DNA of 51,383 nucleotides from Mayamaea pseudoterrestris (GCA_027923505.1 BROI01000016.1:682001-733383); one strand, 5' to 3'. Shown: positions 12,674 to 24,086, counted from the first letter of the stretch. Made by a program: numbers and translations. Notes: a model not told the origin generated them from the sequence alone.

Positions 12674-14617
12674 TCATTGCCAGTCCCAGTCAAGCCAAGG
12701 TAGGTTAACTGGTGGTTTAGTCTTCCATTTCCCTTTCATTGATACACGGTGAGCGATGTTTAGATCGGTGCCAAAGACAACACGTGCAGCAATGACACTT
12801 CGATGGATGGCCTCTCGTGAACGGCCTTGTGGTACCACAGCTTGGTCGTCAACAAAACTGGAGAATCCAAACTTGTAATCTTGGCCCAAGATTGCCCGAC
12901 TGCCATTGTTGTAGCGGTCCTGTACTGCTGAGACAATGGAGGACTTGCCAGCAGCATCCAACTCGGCACCCAAAGTAATGTTTTCTGACAGGTCCGTGGA
13001 GGCGTTGCCAATATCCAGAGTGGCTGCAATGTGACCGCGCAGTTCACCCAGGATCATGTACCAGCCCGGTGAGAAGCGACCACCAAAGATCATGCCCACT
13101 GGGATCACCAACCAATGCGACAAAACCGTTCCAAAGGCAACCGCAATGTCTGGGTGATAGTGTAGCCAGCGGAAAGCAGCCGAGATGTCATCTGCCGCCA
13201 TGTAGAGCTCTTCGGTAGGATGATCCAGGCGAAGGTTATAGATTAATTTTACAAGGCGGTGAATGACCGTGCCGTAGTGAACCTTTGGATTTTGTAGCTG
13301 CGCATGGTTACTCATTTTAATTTTAGGTATTTGTCCATTAACGTTTCCCTTGTCGCCCGGATAAAGAGGCGTTGAAGGGTCGTTGATGAGTCTGCCTTCA
13401 TCACCAATACGCCCCGGTTTGGGTGGTATGTATGAGATCAAAGCGATGAACAACCCCGGGATGTATTTCCACAAAAAGCGAGGAAACATGATGTGGTATG
13501 AGAGCTTCTCTTCCTTCCAATATTTGTCCATGATTTCCTCCCAGCAGTGTTCCAAACCGCGATTGTCTTCTCTTTCCCGACGGGCAACGTCTCGGATTGG
13601 GCAGCGGAAGCGACTAATGCCTGGAACTCCTTCGTCAACAGCCTGCAATGCGGCCTCAAAATCAATTGGTGGGTACCGTGGCGGAATGTTGCTTTCGCGC
13701 ACGGTTGCAATGACATCTTTGAGAAGAGAACGATCCTGATTTTGTTGTGTATATTCACCGCCCAACCAGCGCACCAGGTCTCCATAGTTGAAGTCACAGC
13801 GAAGCAGTGCCGCCCCCATGTCGAGTACTCTTGTTTCGCAAATAGGACTGAGATCCAGAGCTGGATAGTGCCGCTCCACGCGAAGATGCTCCACTGGACG
13901 GGTGGCCGCCCGCTGCCGCAGTTTGGCGTATGCATGCGTCTTGTCGAGCAGCGCTTTTGACACCAGTCGACGAAGCGAGACCCGAAGGTAGTCCCACAAG
14001 ATGTGCACAATATGGTAAATCGAGGGGCATTCATGTTCTGTCTGAATCTTATTTGTTTCCTTGCCCCAGCCATGACGTCGCCGTTGCCAAATTTTCGTGT
14101 CCAGGTATCGCATGCTCGTCGAACCGTAGAGAGGATGATTATTTTGTGGATTTGCTGCCTGCAATGCCAATGAATCATCGGCTGGCAGATACTCCCAAAC
14201 TGGAGCGATTACTGTGGCGAAATATTGATTGTATGAGGACGGACAGGGCCAGTACGCCTTGGTGTGGCACGTTTTTGACGCTCTCGACGATGGCGGAATC
14301 GTCGTGTAGCTATGCCGCTTTGGTAAAGGAGGTAAAAGGTTCTGTAGCGGTGGTCGCTGATCGCCTGGACTAACCGAGACGCTCATTTCTGTGGGGGCAT
14401 CGTCGTTCAATTGGTCGGTGCAAGGTGTGGCGGCGTCGAGGCCTACCGTCGGTAATGTCGGAGCGGTGGTCCCCGAAGGTGCGAGTGTCCGAACGGTGTC
14501 ACGAGTAGGTGCGCTTGCCGGCGAAGTGAGTGTCAATGTAGTCGCTAGTTGCGGCAACTGTAGCGGTTCGCCTGTCGCCCTGCTGTTCAATCGCGGCGGA
14601 CTGGACTCGCCGGCCAT
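12674..14617 (-). CDS. Reverse transcriptase, DIRS/Ngaro-like (647 aa, frameshifted near the C-terminus)
   Basis: GRLINDPS, AADDISAAFRWLHYHPD, VGMIFGGRFSP and FVDD correspond in order to the RLIxDLS, DxxxAF, PFGxxxSP and YVDD RT motifs. Confidence 0.8.
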   Translation of the reverse strand: MAGESSPPRLNSRATGEPLQLPQLATTLTLTSPASAPTRDTVRTLAPSGTTAPTLPTVGLDAATPCTDQLNDDAPTEMSVSVSPGDQRPPLQNLLPPLPKRHSYTTIPPSSRASKTCHTKAYWPCPSSYNQYFATVIAPVWEYLPADDSLALQAANPQNNHPLYGSTSMRYLDTKIWQRRRHGWGKETNKIQTEHECPSIYHIVHILWDYLRVSLRRLVSKALLDKTHAYAKLRQRAATRPVEHLRVERHYPALDLSPICETRVLDMGAALLRCDFNYGDLVRWLGGEYTQQNQDRSLLKDVIATVRESNIPPRYPPIDFEAALQAVDEGVPGISRFRCPIRDVARREREDNRGLEHCWEEIMDKYWKEEKLSYHIMFPRFLWKYIPGLFIALISYIPPKPGRIGDEGRLINDPSTPLYPGDKGNVNGQIPKIKMSNHAQLQNPKVHYGTVIHRLVKLIYNLRLDHPTEELYMAADDISAAFRWLHYHPDIAVAFGTVLSHWLVIPVGMIFGGRFSPGWYMILGELRGHIAATLDIGNASTDLSENITLGAELDAAGKSSIVSAVQDRYNNGSRAILGQDYKFGFSSFVDDQAVVPQGRSREAIHRSVIAARVVFGTDLNIAHRVSMKGKWKTKPPVNLPWLDWDWQ

Positions 14618-14799
14618 ACGAACTGGAGTCAGTAGTCAGGAAGAGGTGATGCGCGTGTACTCGGCTGTCGCTTGAAATTTTCCTCGGACGGGTCCTCGTG
14701 CCAAGAAATTTGTCAGCGGCAATAGTGCTTCTCGTGTCCATGGTTGCTGTGTGTTACTGATATCGATCTCGCATCGCCTGCATGTCACGGCATTGCAGC

Positions 14800-15128
14800 T
14801 GACACGATAATATCAGACGAACCTTTATTCCAGCGACTACAATGGACTCGGAGCGATCAACCTCTTCGTCCAGCGTAAAGCAAACAAACAAACTCAATTG
14901 CTAGAATAGTGCATGTTACTCGCTACTCTACTCGTGCGCTTCTTTCTCGTTCTCACTGGGTTCACGGTCGAGGTTCACGCCTCGATCGTCAGCGATTTCA
15001 CTCATGTATGTGAGGATTCGGTCACAAGTGTGACTCAACCCTGCACAGGATTAAATGCATACAAAACACAGGTAGCTAACCGTCTTGTCATAAGACGCAG
15101 GTCAACTCAACTCAATAATATTGTGTCA
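14800..15128 (-). repeat. 3' LTR of family A copy 1 (329 bp, TG...CA)
   Basis: TGACAC...GTGTCA terminal inverted repeats. Reverse complement of 23411-23739 and 23743-24071. Confidence 0.95.
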
Positions 15129-15136
15129 TCCCCCTT
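15129..15136 (-). promoter_or_regulatory. Polypurine tract
   Basis: AAGGGGGA on the minus strand directly abuts the LTR, just after the RNase H stop. Confidence 0.85.
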
Positions 15137-15139
15137 GAT

Positions 15140-18100
15140 CTAGGCTTGTGACAACGATCGGTTTGCCGTATCACCCTTCCAGAAAAGAATCGGAATGATC
15201 AGGGGTCGGAACGTGGCATGCGGCAAGAACTTGGTAAGAACGTCGGCGACGTTCTGCTTGCCGAAGATGTGCTCAAAGTACAGAACATTGCTTGCAATGG
15301 CCTCGCGAACTCGGTGGTAGGCGAGCGCATTGTGTCGCTTAGAAAGTGTGGAGTGCGGAATCGTTGACGACTTCTTGACACTTTCGTTGTCGCCGAACAT
15401 CCAGGCTGGTCCACTCAAAGGAACTCCCAACATGCGTAGGGAGTATCGGAAATCCATAATCTGTTCCGTCGCGGTCTTGGCGACGACGAACTCGGATCCG
15501 TACGTTGCAGTCTCGACAGTATTCTGACGCTTGCAGAACCATTCGACGGGCGTCTGGTTCAGGAAATGCAGGACTCCCATTGCGGAACGTCCAGTAGTGT
15601 AATCATGGTACAGGTTCGCGTCCATAAAGGTAGTTAGTTGCACAGGCTTGCCCTTCGGGATCGGCATGTTCCACGGAAGCTCTTCGCTTGAGTTGCCGTA
15701 GACCGATTGCAACCAATCATACTTGGTAGGTTCCCCGTGATCGACGATCTTCGTCCGGAAACGAATCGCCGCATCAGGGTACTCAGCTAGGTAACCGCAG
15801 ACTCGCTTGGCTCGGTCCAGGTGTCCGCGACGCGGGGCGCAGCGGAATCGCCAAGTGTCATTACGGCACAATGAATGTCAAGTCGACATAGGGTCACTGC
15901 CCACTGAGGGCACCGATAAGAGACTGGTACTGTTGAATGCCACGGGCATCCAGCTCTTCGGTAAGGTCAAGTTCGGGTGGTCCCCGTCGTCAACGGTGAC
16001 TTGCGCTTTGGCTTGCTCGCCAAACATGGTTTCGTAGTTCTTGAGCATGCGACCGACGTAGGTCTTCGCGCTCATGCAGAGGGTTCCATCGGGATCACGA
16101 TAGAAGTCGGCTCCAAGGTGGTACTTGATGTCGCCGACGCCCTTCAACTTGTACTTGTACTTCTCCTTGAGGAGGTCCGTGAAGGCTTGTGGATCCTTCA
16201 TGGCCATAGCCAGATCGTCGACGAACACGCCGACGTACTCGTAGTGAGTGCCACAGTCTTTCATCCAGACGTCAGGATCCGCATAGCTTGGGTAGAATCC
16301 AATGTCGCGGAGTGTGTCGGCAAAGTGCTCATGCCAACGGCCGCCAGAAGTGCGCAACCGTATAGTGCCTTGTAGATGACCAAGGTATGGCCTTCCAATG
16401 GTCCAAACTTCGGGACCGGCAACAATGTAGACTTTTTCTTGGTCTTGGCCTCGAGGTAGGCGTTACCGACATCGGCAGCCCAAAACTTGAGGTCGTTCAG
16501 TTCAGCTAACAGTGCTATGGTTTGAATGCTTCGCATAGATACAACGCCGAGTAGGCGGAGTCCTTGGGCGGAGCGGTCAATGTCCCCGGCGACGAGTCGG
16601 GCCTTACGTCGTAGATCGTTCTTGCAGTCGAAAACAAGATGCGCGTTGATGCGCTTCCAATCACTTTCCATGAAGGCACCGATGCCCTTGTCGATGAAAG
16701 TGTCGTACTCGTGTAGCTGCTCCATCTCAGTCTTGACGGCGTCAGCCCACAGCGTGTTTCCATTAGCAGCGTCGAGGCGGTTCGCTTCCTTCCAGGTATT
16801 AGGAACTTGAACGCCAAACTTGAAACGCGCTTCTTGGACACGGTTCTTCTTTGCAGCTTTGCACATGCGGTTAAACATTTTAGTGCGTCCTGCCATGCGC
16901 CTCAAGCGCTTCCATCCATCCTTTGCTTGCCGTACTCGGCAACGGTAACAGGGTCGGACTTGATAATCAATGCGAGTGGCTCCCAGGTCTTCTTGCCATT
17001 TGCCCATTGGATGAGCAAGTTGTAGGATGAGCCGCGATACGTAGGCGGCTTGTGTCAGTGGACCTTCATGTCCGGTCAATGAAATCAAACTTGTAGTACT
17101 GTCGTCGTTGTCATCGTCCCCAGTGTAAAGAATCTTGCCGCTCGCAAAGGTCGGCTAGTTCGGTAGGTAATAAGCTCGTCGACGTCGCCGTCCGAGACTC
17201 AATCGAACTTGATAATCTTGTGGTTGGCTTCATCGCGATCGCTCAGTTGTTCGATAACCTTGTAACGCGCGTGGAGCCGTCTTCCTCGTCAAGAAGGACA
17301 GTGCGTCCCATCAGTTCAGCCGAGTAAAGGACGGCATGGGTCCGTCGGGATCCAGACCGGCTAACTCGGCAGCGCTTTCCAACGTGAATGCGTCTTCATC
17401 CACGGTTCCCCAGAATCAGGAGCTGGGGTCGGTGTAAGGTCGTGGTTCAAACACCGGACCGACTAGGTCATATCTCATCGCCAAACTCGTCGACAGTTCT
17501 CGACTTGACTCGCTCACGCGCAGGGCGCGCGTCGCGAAGACAGGTTCCGCGAACAGTGGTCGTTCGGACTTGTCAGGAGCGCTTTCAGCCTCAGCGTAGG
17601 TTACGTCCTCTCGGAGAAGGGACGAACGTTGATCGGACGACAACCATTCCAGTCCGATCGGATCGAACTTGGTACGTGAGGATGTCACCCTTGTTCTCTG
17701 CAATGCCGACCCAGCGTCCTGCTGCTTCCTTGGTGTGAGGAAATGTCGCGCTCGTCGGCTCCAGCTCTAGACTCGTTCCCAGAACTTGAACTGCAGGAAC
17801 GGCGAAATGTCGGGTACTCGGTTGAAGGCAGCTTCAGTAGGAGTCTTCCAGTTGAGGGACTCGGTCGCCAGATTGTTGAATACAAGGCGATGACAGCGCG
17901 CATAGGAGCCAGGCCCAGCGGTGCACCCGCACGGTTCATGATGTTCTGGACTGATGACTTGACTTCCTGGATGCGACGCCGGCAGGGTTCTGGTTCTGGT
18001 ATCCGGGCTTGCTCTGTTGGTCACGAATCGCGTAGAATCGCAACAAGGTTTCAACTTGCTTCCCAAGCTGCACACGCGAGTTATCGCTAATGAGCAAGTC

Positions 18101-20892
18101 GGCAAAGCCAATCTCTCCACTCAACTCTTCGAGCCCGATGGGAATGTCACTCTCGGTTATCAGTGGGTACCCCCTCGTCAGCAAGCTCTTCTCGCCGACG
18201 AACAGTTGCATCATCTTGACTCCGCCATGGCCGGATTCCGGAAGGCAGGTTCCTTGGAAAACCAGGTATCTGTGCGATCGCATGGAAACGAACCACATTG
18301 GCGCGGGAATCGCGACTTAAAGTGTTGGCGAAATGGGGTGTGTGCCGATGCACGGAAAAGCTGTGTCGTATTCTTAATGGTGCGCTTGACTCGTTCAAGT
18401 GGCGTGTAGCCAAGGTAGGGTCGAAGCGCTGGTAGTCAGGTTCTTGTGGCATTGTCGCGCCATTGGCTTGGCGCGTCGTATCAGCCTGATTGCGATCGAC
18501 ATACTGCACCACACGTTCCACTGAATTCATGTTGTTCCGGTAGGTGGCGTCGCCGAAGTCATCCATGCGGGCGTCGACGAAACCATGGGTTTCTTCCAAT
18601 TCGTCGAGGTGACGATTAAACTCAAGTTCTTCTTCGTTCCATTCATTGTCCAAGTCTGCCGGATCCCAAAGGGTGTCCGCAGAGAAAATGACCGTCGGAT
18701 ACATTTCCAACTCTGCGTCCGTCGGCGGACGCATATCCATTCGAGGCAAACCGTCGCGGATCGCCAAAGGGATGGTCTTGCCACAACTGGTGACAATGGC
18801 TTGTGTTCCATTCTGGGAGCGAGCAACGTCGTCGATCAGATGGCCGAACGAACGAAGCTGCGATGGTGCATGAATGGATTCAGCACCGTCGTACAAAGCA
18901 TACTGGTTGAACTGACCGATAATGGGTCCAGTCCGAGTCTCAATCAATGCGACGCCAGTTCCGACTTGGAGGTCGCGAACCGTGTGGTCGCCAAACCCGT
19001 CACGCAACGGTGGGTTGGTAGTACTCAAGATTCTCATATCGCTTCCAGCGAGTCCACCGTTCGCACCGCCGTCAATCAGCGATCCTTGGCGGGTCTCGTT
19101 GCTGCGAGCTCGATTCACAGTGTAGCGCACCGATACCATTGCGCGGTACCGACGCCCATCGCTTCCCATAAACTCTTGCTGGGTGTTATTCGCAGCTTGA
19201 GTGCGAGACGACGCGGCGTTCGCAAGGAAAGATCTAATCATGTCATCCGGTGCACCTTGAGTGGCTGTCGTCGGGGCGATCGAGACAGCGTCATTCTGAT
19301 ACAGGATTGTACCAGGCACCGAGGCAGCCGCTTGTGACTGCTGGTTATTCGCGCGGTTGCCATTGTTCGCGCGTCTTGTCGTGGCTGGTCTTGGGACGGC
19401 TTCGCGTCGAGCCATGAGCTGAGCGTATTCGTCCTCGTTAAGTCGGCCGAGTCGCTCGCGACATGTACGACCAGGGGTTCTGCAACAACTGTTCAAAGTT
19501 CAGATAATCACCAGGGAATCGCTCCCATGCGCTTGCATCGGCTGCTGGTAGTGGCGCGGAAGAGCCCCCGTCTCCGGAACCACGGCTCACTTGGGAACCG
19601 CGTCCACCGTCTCGCCCACCGCCGCGTCCGCTTCGGCCGCGTCCTCCGCCACGACCGGAACGCGTCCATTACCACGTCCTTGTCCGGAAGTGTTCGCGTT
19701 CGCTTGGCGGTCGGCGTTCTTCTTGCCCTTGTTAAGCTTGGCGTTCTTGTTGTCGACGCGCAGAGCCTGCTGCGACAACATGTCGAAAAGATAGTCATAA
19801 TCTTCCGTCACGACGGCGTCTGGGTCACCGTTTGCACTAATGATGCGTCGTCGTTCAAATAACAGGTGCTGGTCGAACGTCGTGGCATGCGGGGCCGAAT
19901 TCTTCGTCGCTTCCACTGCAGCTCGGAGCCAGTAGTACTTCTTCTTGTCATCCGTCACTCCAGGACGGAACTCTTCGAGATTCTTCATGAGCTGTTCGAT
20001 GTAGTTTAGGAACTTGTAGTGTCCTTTCGTCCAGGTCGAATCTAGGCGAATCGTCGCAAGCTTGGCTTGCAGTTCGTTCGCTTGGATGGTAGCTAACTCG
20101 CCGGAACCAAACTTGGTCGCGAGTTCGCGATAGACGCTTTGAGCGTCAGACTTGTCGCCGTACTTCATCAGGAGCGACTGGTGTCCAGGGACTTCGAGAC
20201 AATTGCGAAACGCAGTGTACATGAAGACTTGCTGATTCTCGAATTCTAATTTCTCTTCTTCCGTGACTGGTACGTACTTGCTGTCGAGCACGTTAGAACA
20301 GCCATGGAGCTTGGCGATTGCCTTGGTAGACGCGCTCCAACTCAACCACGCGTGGGGATGTTGGAACGTTTTGTAGTCCTTGTAGTCTCGTTTCGTCTTG
20401 AGGTTCGAGAAACGACCCTTGGCATCTTCTTCCTTTTCGGCCTTCTCAGCCTTGATGGTCTCATTTTCGAGTTGCTTGGCAAGTAGCTCGGCTTGCTTCT
20501 TCTTGGACTCGAGTACGTAGTATCCTTCTTCACGCTTCCGCGCGATTTCTTGTTCCGCGAGAATCGCTTGGTATCGCTCGAGCTTGCCTAAATCAAGCAA
20601 CGCCCATTTCTTGGTGTTCGGGGGTCCGTCGTGCATGGTAAACCATTCGCATGCATCGAGGACAAGGTTCACGTAGACTGGTGCTAGTGTCGTTTCGTAT
20701 CGTTCTGGGGCGGCGGCTGCTTGTTCCTCGGCCGGTTCCTTGGCCGGCTCGTCGCCCGGCGCATCGTCAGGTTGCGCCCCCTTCAGGTTGTCCAACGCCA
20801 GCTTGATGGCGGCTCTGTCGACCCAGTAGGGGGCTTCAAGTTGCTCCTTGGTCAATCTCAACATCTGGGTAGTGGTGGTTACATTCCAAAAC
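15140..20892 (-). pseudogene. gag-pol of family A copy 1 with multiple frameshifts
   Basis: Protease LIDGGANG, integrase LLISDNS..YQNQNP, RT KARLVAG / ADVGNAYLEA / VFVDDL, RNase H FMDAN, ETATYGSEF, FGDN, NVADVLTK. Confidence 0.9.
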
Positions 20893-20960
20893 ACAAAACA
20901 CAGGTAGCTAACCGTCTTGTCATAAGACGCAGGTCAACTCAACTCAATAATATTGTGTCA
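20893..20960 (-). repeat. First 68 bp of the family A 5' LTR fused directly to gag
   Basis: Identical to 15061-15128. Confidence 0.92.
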
Positions 20961-22270
20961 TATTTGGTGACAACTTATCACCTGTCTCAGACGGGAAATT
21001 CACCTGCAAGCCCTGTAGGTGCCCAAATTACACCAGAATGGTGCCAACATCATTATTCAGGCTGCGCTACAAGATGGTAGGCCTGGCTGGTGTCTCAGGG
21101 AGGTAATGATTTGGTGACAACTTGTCACCAGTCTCAGCGCCCACAGATGCCGTGACATTCAAATGCCCCTACAGCAAGGCCATGTAGGTGCCCAAATCAC
21201 ACCAGAATGGTGCCAACATCATTATTCAGTCTGCGCTACAAGATGGTATGCCTGGCTGGTGTCTCAGGTGATGGCAATGTATTTGGTGACAACTTGTCAC
21301 CAGTCTCAGCCTGCTGATGCCATGACATTCAAACGCCCTACAGCAAGCCATGTAGGTGCCCAAATGACACCAGAAATGGTGCCAACATCATTATTCAGGC
21401 TGCGCTACAAAATGGTACTGGCTGGCTGGTATCTCAGGTAATGGCAATGTATTTGGTGACAACTTGTCACCAGTCTCAGCCCGCAGATGCCGTGACATTC
21501 AAACGCACAAACAGCAAGCCAGGTATAGGTGCCCAAATTACACCAGAATGTTGCCAACATCATTATTCAGGCTGCGCTAAAAGTTGGTATGCCTGGCTGT
21601 GTCTCAGGGCATGGTAATGTATTGGTGACAACTTGTCACCAGTCTCAGCCCGCAGATGCCGTGACATTCAAACGCCCAAACAGCAAGCCCTTAAGGTGCC
21701 CAAATTACACCAGAATGTTGCCAACATCATTTTTCAGGCTGCGCTAAAAGATGGTAGGCTTGGTGTGTGTCTCAGGGCATGGCAATGTATTTGGTGACAA
21801 CTTGTCACCAGTCTCAGCCCGCAGATGCCGTGACATTCAAAGCCCATACAGCAAGCCCTGTAGGTAGCCCAAATGACACCTGAGTGGTGCCAACATCATT
21901 ATTCAGGCTGCGCTACAAGATGGGAAGCCTGGCTGGTGTCTCAGGGGATGGCAATGTATTTGGTGACAACTTGTCACCAGTCTCAGCCCGCAGATGCCGT
22001 GACATTCAAACGCCCAAACAGCAAGCCCTGTAGGTCCCCAAATTACACCAGAATGTTGCCAACATCATTATTCAGGCTGCGCTACAAGTTGGTAGGCCTT
22101 GGTGTGTCTTAGGGCATGGCAATGTATTGGTGACAACTTGTCACCAGTCTCAGCCCGCAGATACCGTGACATTCTAAACGCACCTACAGCAAGCCCTGAA
22201 GGTGCCCAAATTACACCAGAATGTTGCCAACATCATTTTTCAGGCTGCGCTGCAAGATGGTAGGCATGGC
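20961..22270. repeat. Satellite B: about 169-bp monomer, about 7.7 copies
   Basis: TTGGTGACAACTTGTCACC at 21111, 21283, 21453, 21622, 21791, 21960 and 22127 (spacing 167-172). Confidence 0.95.
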
Positions 22271-23410
22271 TAGTGCATTGCACTCGATTTTGGCTGCAGG
22301 TCATCAGCATTGCCAACTGAGCCCTTCAATTGCCCTTTCAATTCATGATTGTTGTCATGATGGGTCAGTATTCCCCACAACATGGTATGCCGATAATAAG
22401 AGTCAGACGGTTCAATAATTTGTTACAATCTGCTCAGTGCAACTCCAGTAGCATGTCAGACTTGCAAAATGCGCCTACACACCCTGGGCAGTTGCAACAG
22501 AAGCTGTAGCATTCATGCTGCCATAAAGCAATGATGAAGATGACCAACCCTGTTCATCACATGATTATTTGCTAGCTCAACTCGTTACGCATGGAGACAA
22601 AGTTTGGGTACCAACAAGAATGCAAATGCACAGGCATTTCATCCCTTACTATTTGCATGAACTGCAGGACTGAGTTATGAACATGCTGTTGGTGCAACTT
22701 TAAATTTTTTAACTTCTTTGCGAGGCTCTGCGTCTACATTTTTTCCAGCTGCACACCAATTTTCAGCTTCCTAAACGTGCAGAAACACCAACTGGCAAAC
22801 CATCAACAAAAAACACCTCTAAACCACAATCTACATTCCAAGTGGGCAATTGAGGCTGCATATGCATCCCTGCAAACAGAGTGGTCGCGCAGCAACAGTG
22901 TTGACCTTCACACCGATGACATGTGAAGTGGTTTACCGGGACAAAAGAAAAAGAATATCCACTGTGCCAAGCTTGTGTTCACACCCTTATTCCTTTGAAG
23001 TTGACTAGAATAATGTCAGCCGGGAGGTGAAACATTTTATGAGGCATGCAGATTACTTGCCATCCAAATGAGCAGCTGTAGAGAAGAACTTTGATGCCAA
23101 GGCAATGTGATGTGTTGCTTATTTGAGTGAAGGTTCAACATTTGAATTTGATGACTACATCATGGCTCCATTCGACAATACAGGCTTGTACCTGGCATTA
23201 TTGTTGTGAAACAGTCAACAAAGATACTTAGAGTTGGGTTCAAATTGGACATGTATGTGATGGGAGATTGTGGGGAGATATTGACGGTATTACTGCCACA
23301 AACAAAGAAATTGTGTTGGTCTGTGTCTCTGGTTGAGACAATGGCGTTTGTTAAGTATTTCAGGATTTGGTTTGGCGTTTGCCAGACATAACTGAATAGA
23401 CTCTGTTTCA

Positions 23411-23739
23411 TGACACAATATTATTGAGTTGAGTTGACCTGCGTCTTATGACAAGACGGTTAGCTACCTGTGTTTTGTATGCATTTAATCCTGTGCAGGG
23501 TTGAGTCACACTTGTGACCGAATCCTCACATACATGAGTGAAATCGCTGACGATCGAGGCGTGAACCTCGACCGTGAACCCAGTGAGAACGAGAAAGAAG
23601 CGCACGAGTAGAGTAGCGAGTAACATGCACTATTCTAGCAATTGAGTTTGTTTGTTTGCTTTACGCTGGACGAAGAGGTTGATCGCTCCGAGTCCATTGT
23701 AGTCGCTGGAATAAAGGTTCGTCTGATATTATCGTGTCA
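23411..23739 (+). repeat. Family A LTR, first tandem copy (329 bp)
   Basis: TGACACAATA...ATCGTGTCA. Confidence 0.96.
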
Positions 23740-23742
23740 GAT

Positions 23743-24071
23743 TGACACAATATTATTGAGTTGAGTTGACCTGCGTCTTATGACAAGACGGTTAGCTACC
23801 TGTGTTTTGTATGCATTTAATCCTGTGCAGGGTTGAGTCACACTTGTGACCGAATCCTCACATACATGAGTGAAATCGCTGACGATCGAGGCGTGAACCT
23901 CGACCGTGAACCCAGTGAGAACGAGAAAGAAGCGCACGAGTAGAGTAGCGAGTAACATGCACTATTCTAGCAATTGAGTTTGTTTGTTTGCTTTACGCTG
24001 GACGAAGAGGTTGATCGCTCCGAGTCCATTGTAGTCGCTGGAATAAAGGTTCGTCTGATATTATCGTGTCA
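23743..24071 (+). repeat. Family A LTR, second tandem copy (329 bp)
   Basis: Direct repeat of 23411-23739, separated from it by GAT. Confidence 0.96.
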
Positions 24072-24086
24072 GATTAACAGTCTTGC
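24072..24086 (+). promoter_or_regulatory. Putative primer-binding site complementary to a tRNA-Asn(GUU) anticodon arm
   Basis: GATTAACAGTCTTGC follows the LTR directly. Its reverse complement is G-CAAGA-CT-GTT-AA-TC. Confidence 0.65.

Larger units (their letters stand above)
11790..14799 (-). mobile_element. Truncated DIRS/Ngaro-like (tyrosine-recombinase class) retroelement, RT-RNase H portion only
   Basis: RT and RNase H motifs are DIRS-like rather than copia or gypsy. No recombinase ORF or terminal repeats are visible. Bounded by satellite A on one side and a copia LTR on the other. Confidence 0.7.
14800..20960 (-). mobile_element. Ty1/copia LTR retrotransposon, family A copy 1 (CoDi-like), with a 5' internal deletion
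   Basis: Order gag-PR-IN-RT-RH on the minus strand, with a full 3' LTR, a PPT and a 68-bp 5' LTR remnant. Confidence 0.93.

Noticed and set aside
14913..15143. Repeated 72-76 aa ORF MLLATLLVRFF (also at 23408-23626 and 23737-23958)
   Set aside because: It lies wholly inside the LTR and antisense to the element. Its recurrence just reflects LTR identity.
18585..19337. Long antisense ORFs over copia coding regions (also 25938-26729 and 34256-34990)
   Set aside because: They are shadow frames of GC-rich coding sequence on the opposite strand.
20880..20900. Spliced-out intron as the cause of the copy 1 deletion
   Set aside because: A GTATGC donor-like site exists, but no AG acceptor lies at the gag-side breakpoint.
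20961..22270. CRISPR-like palindromic repeats in satellite B
   Set aside because: The sequence between palindromes is itself repeated, so there are no unique spacers.
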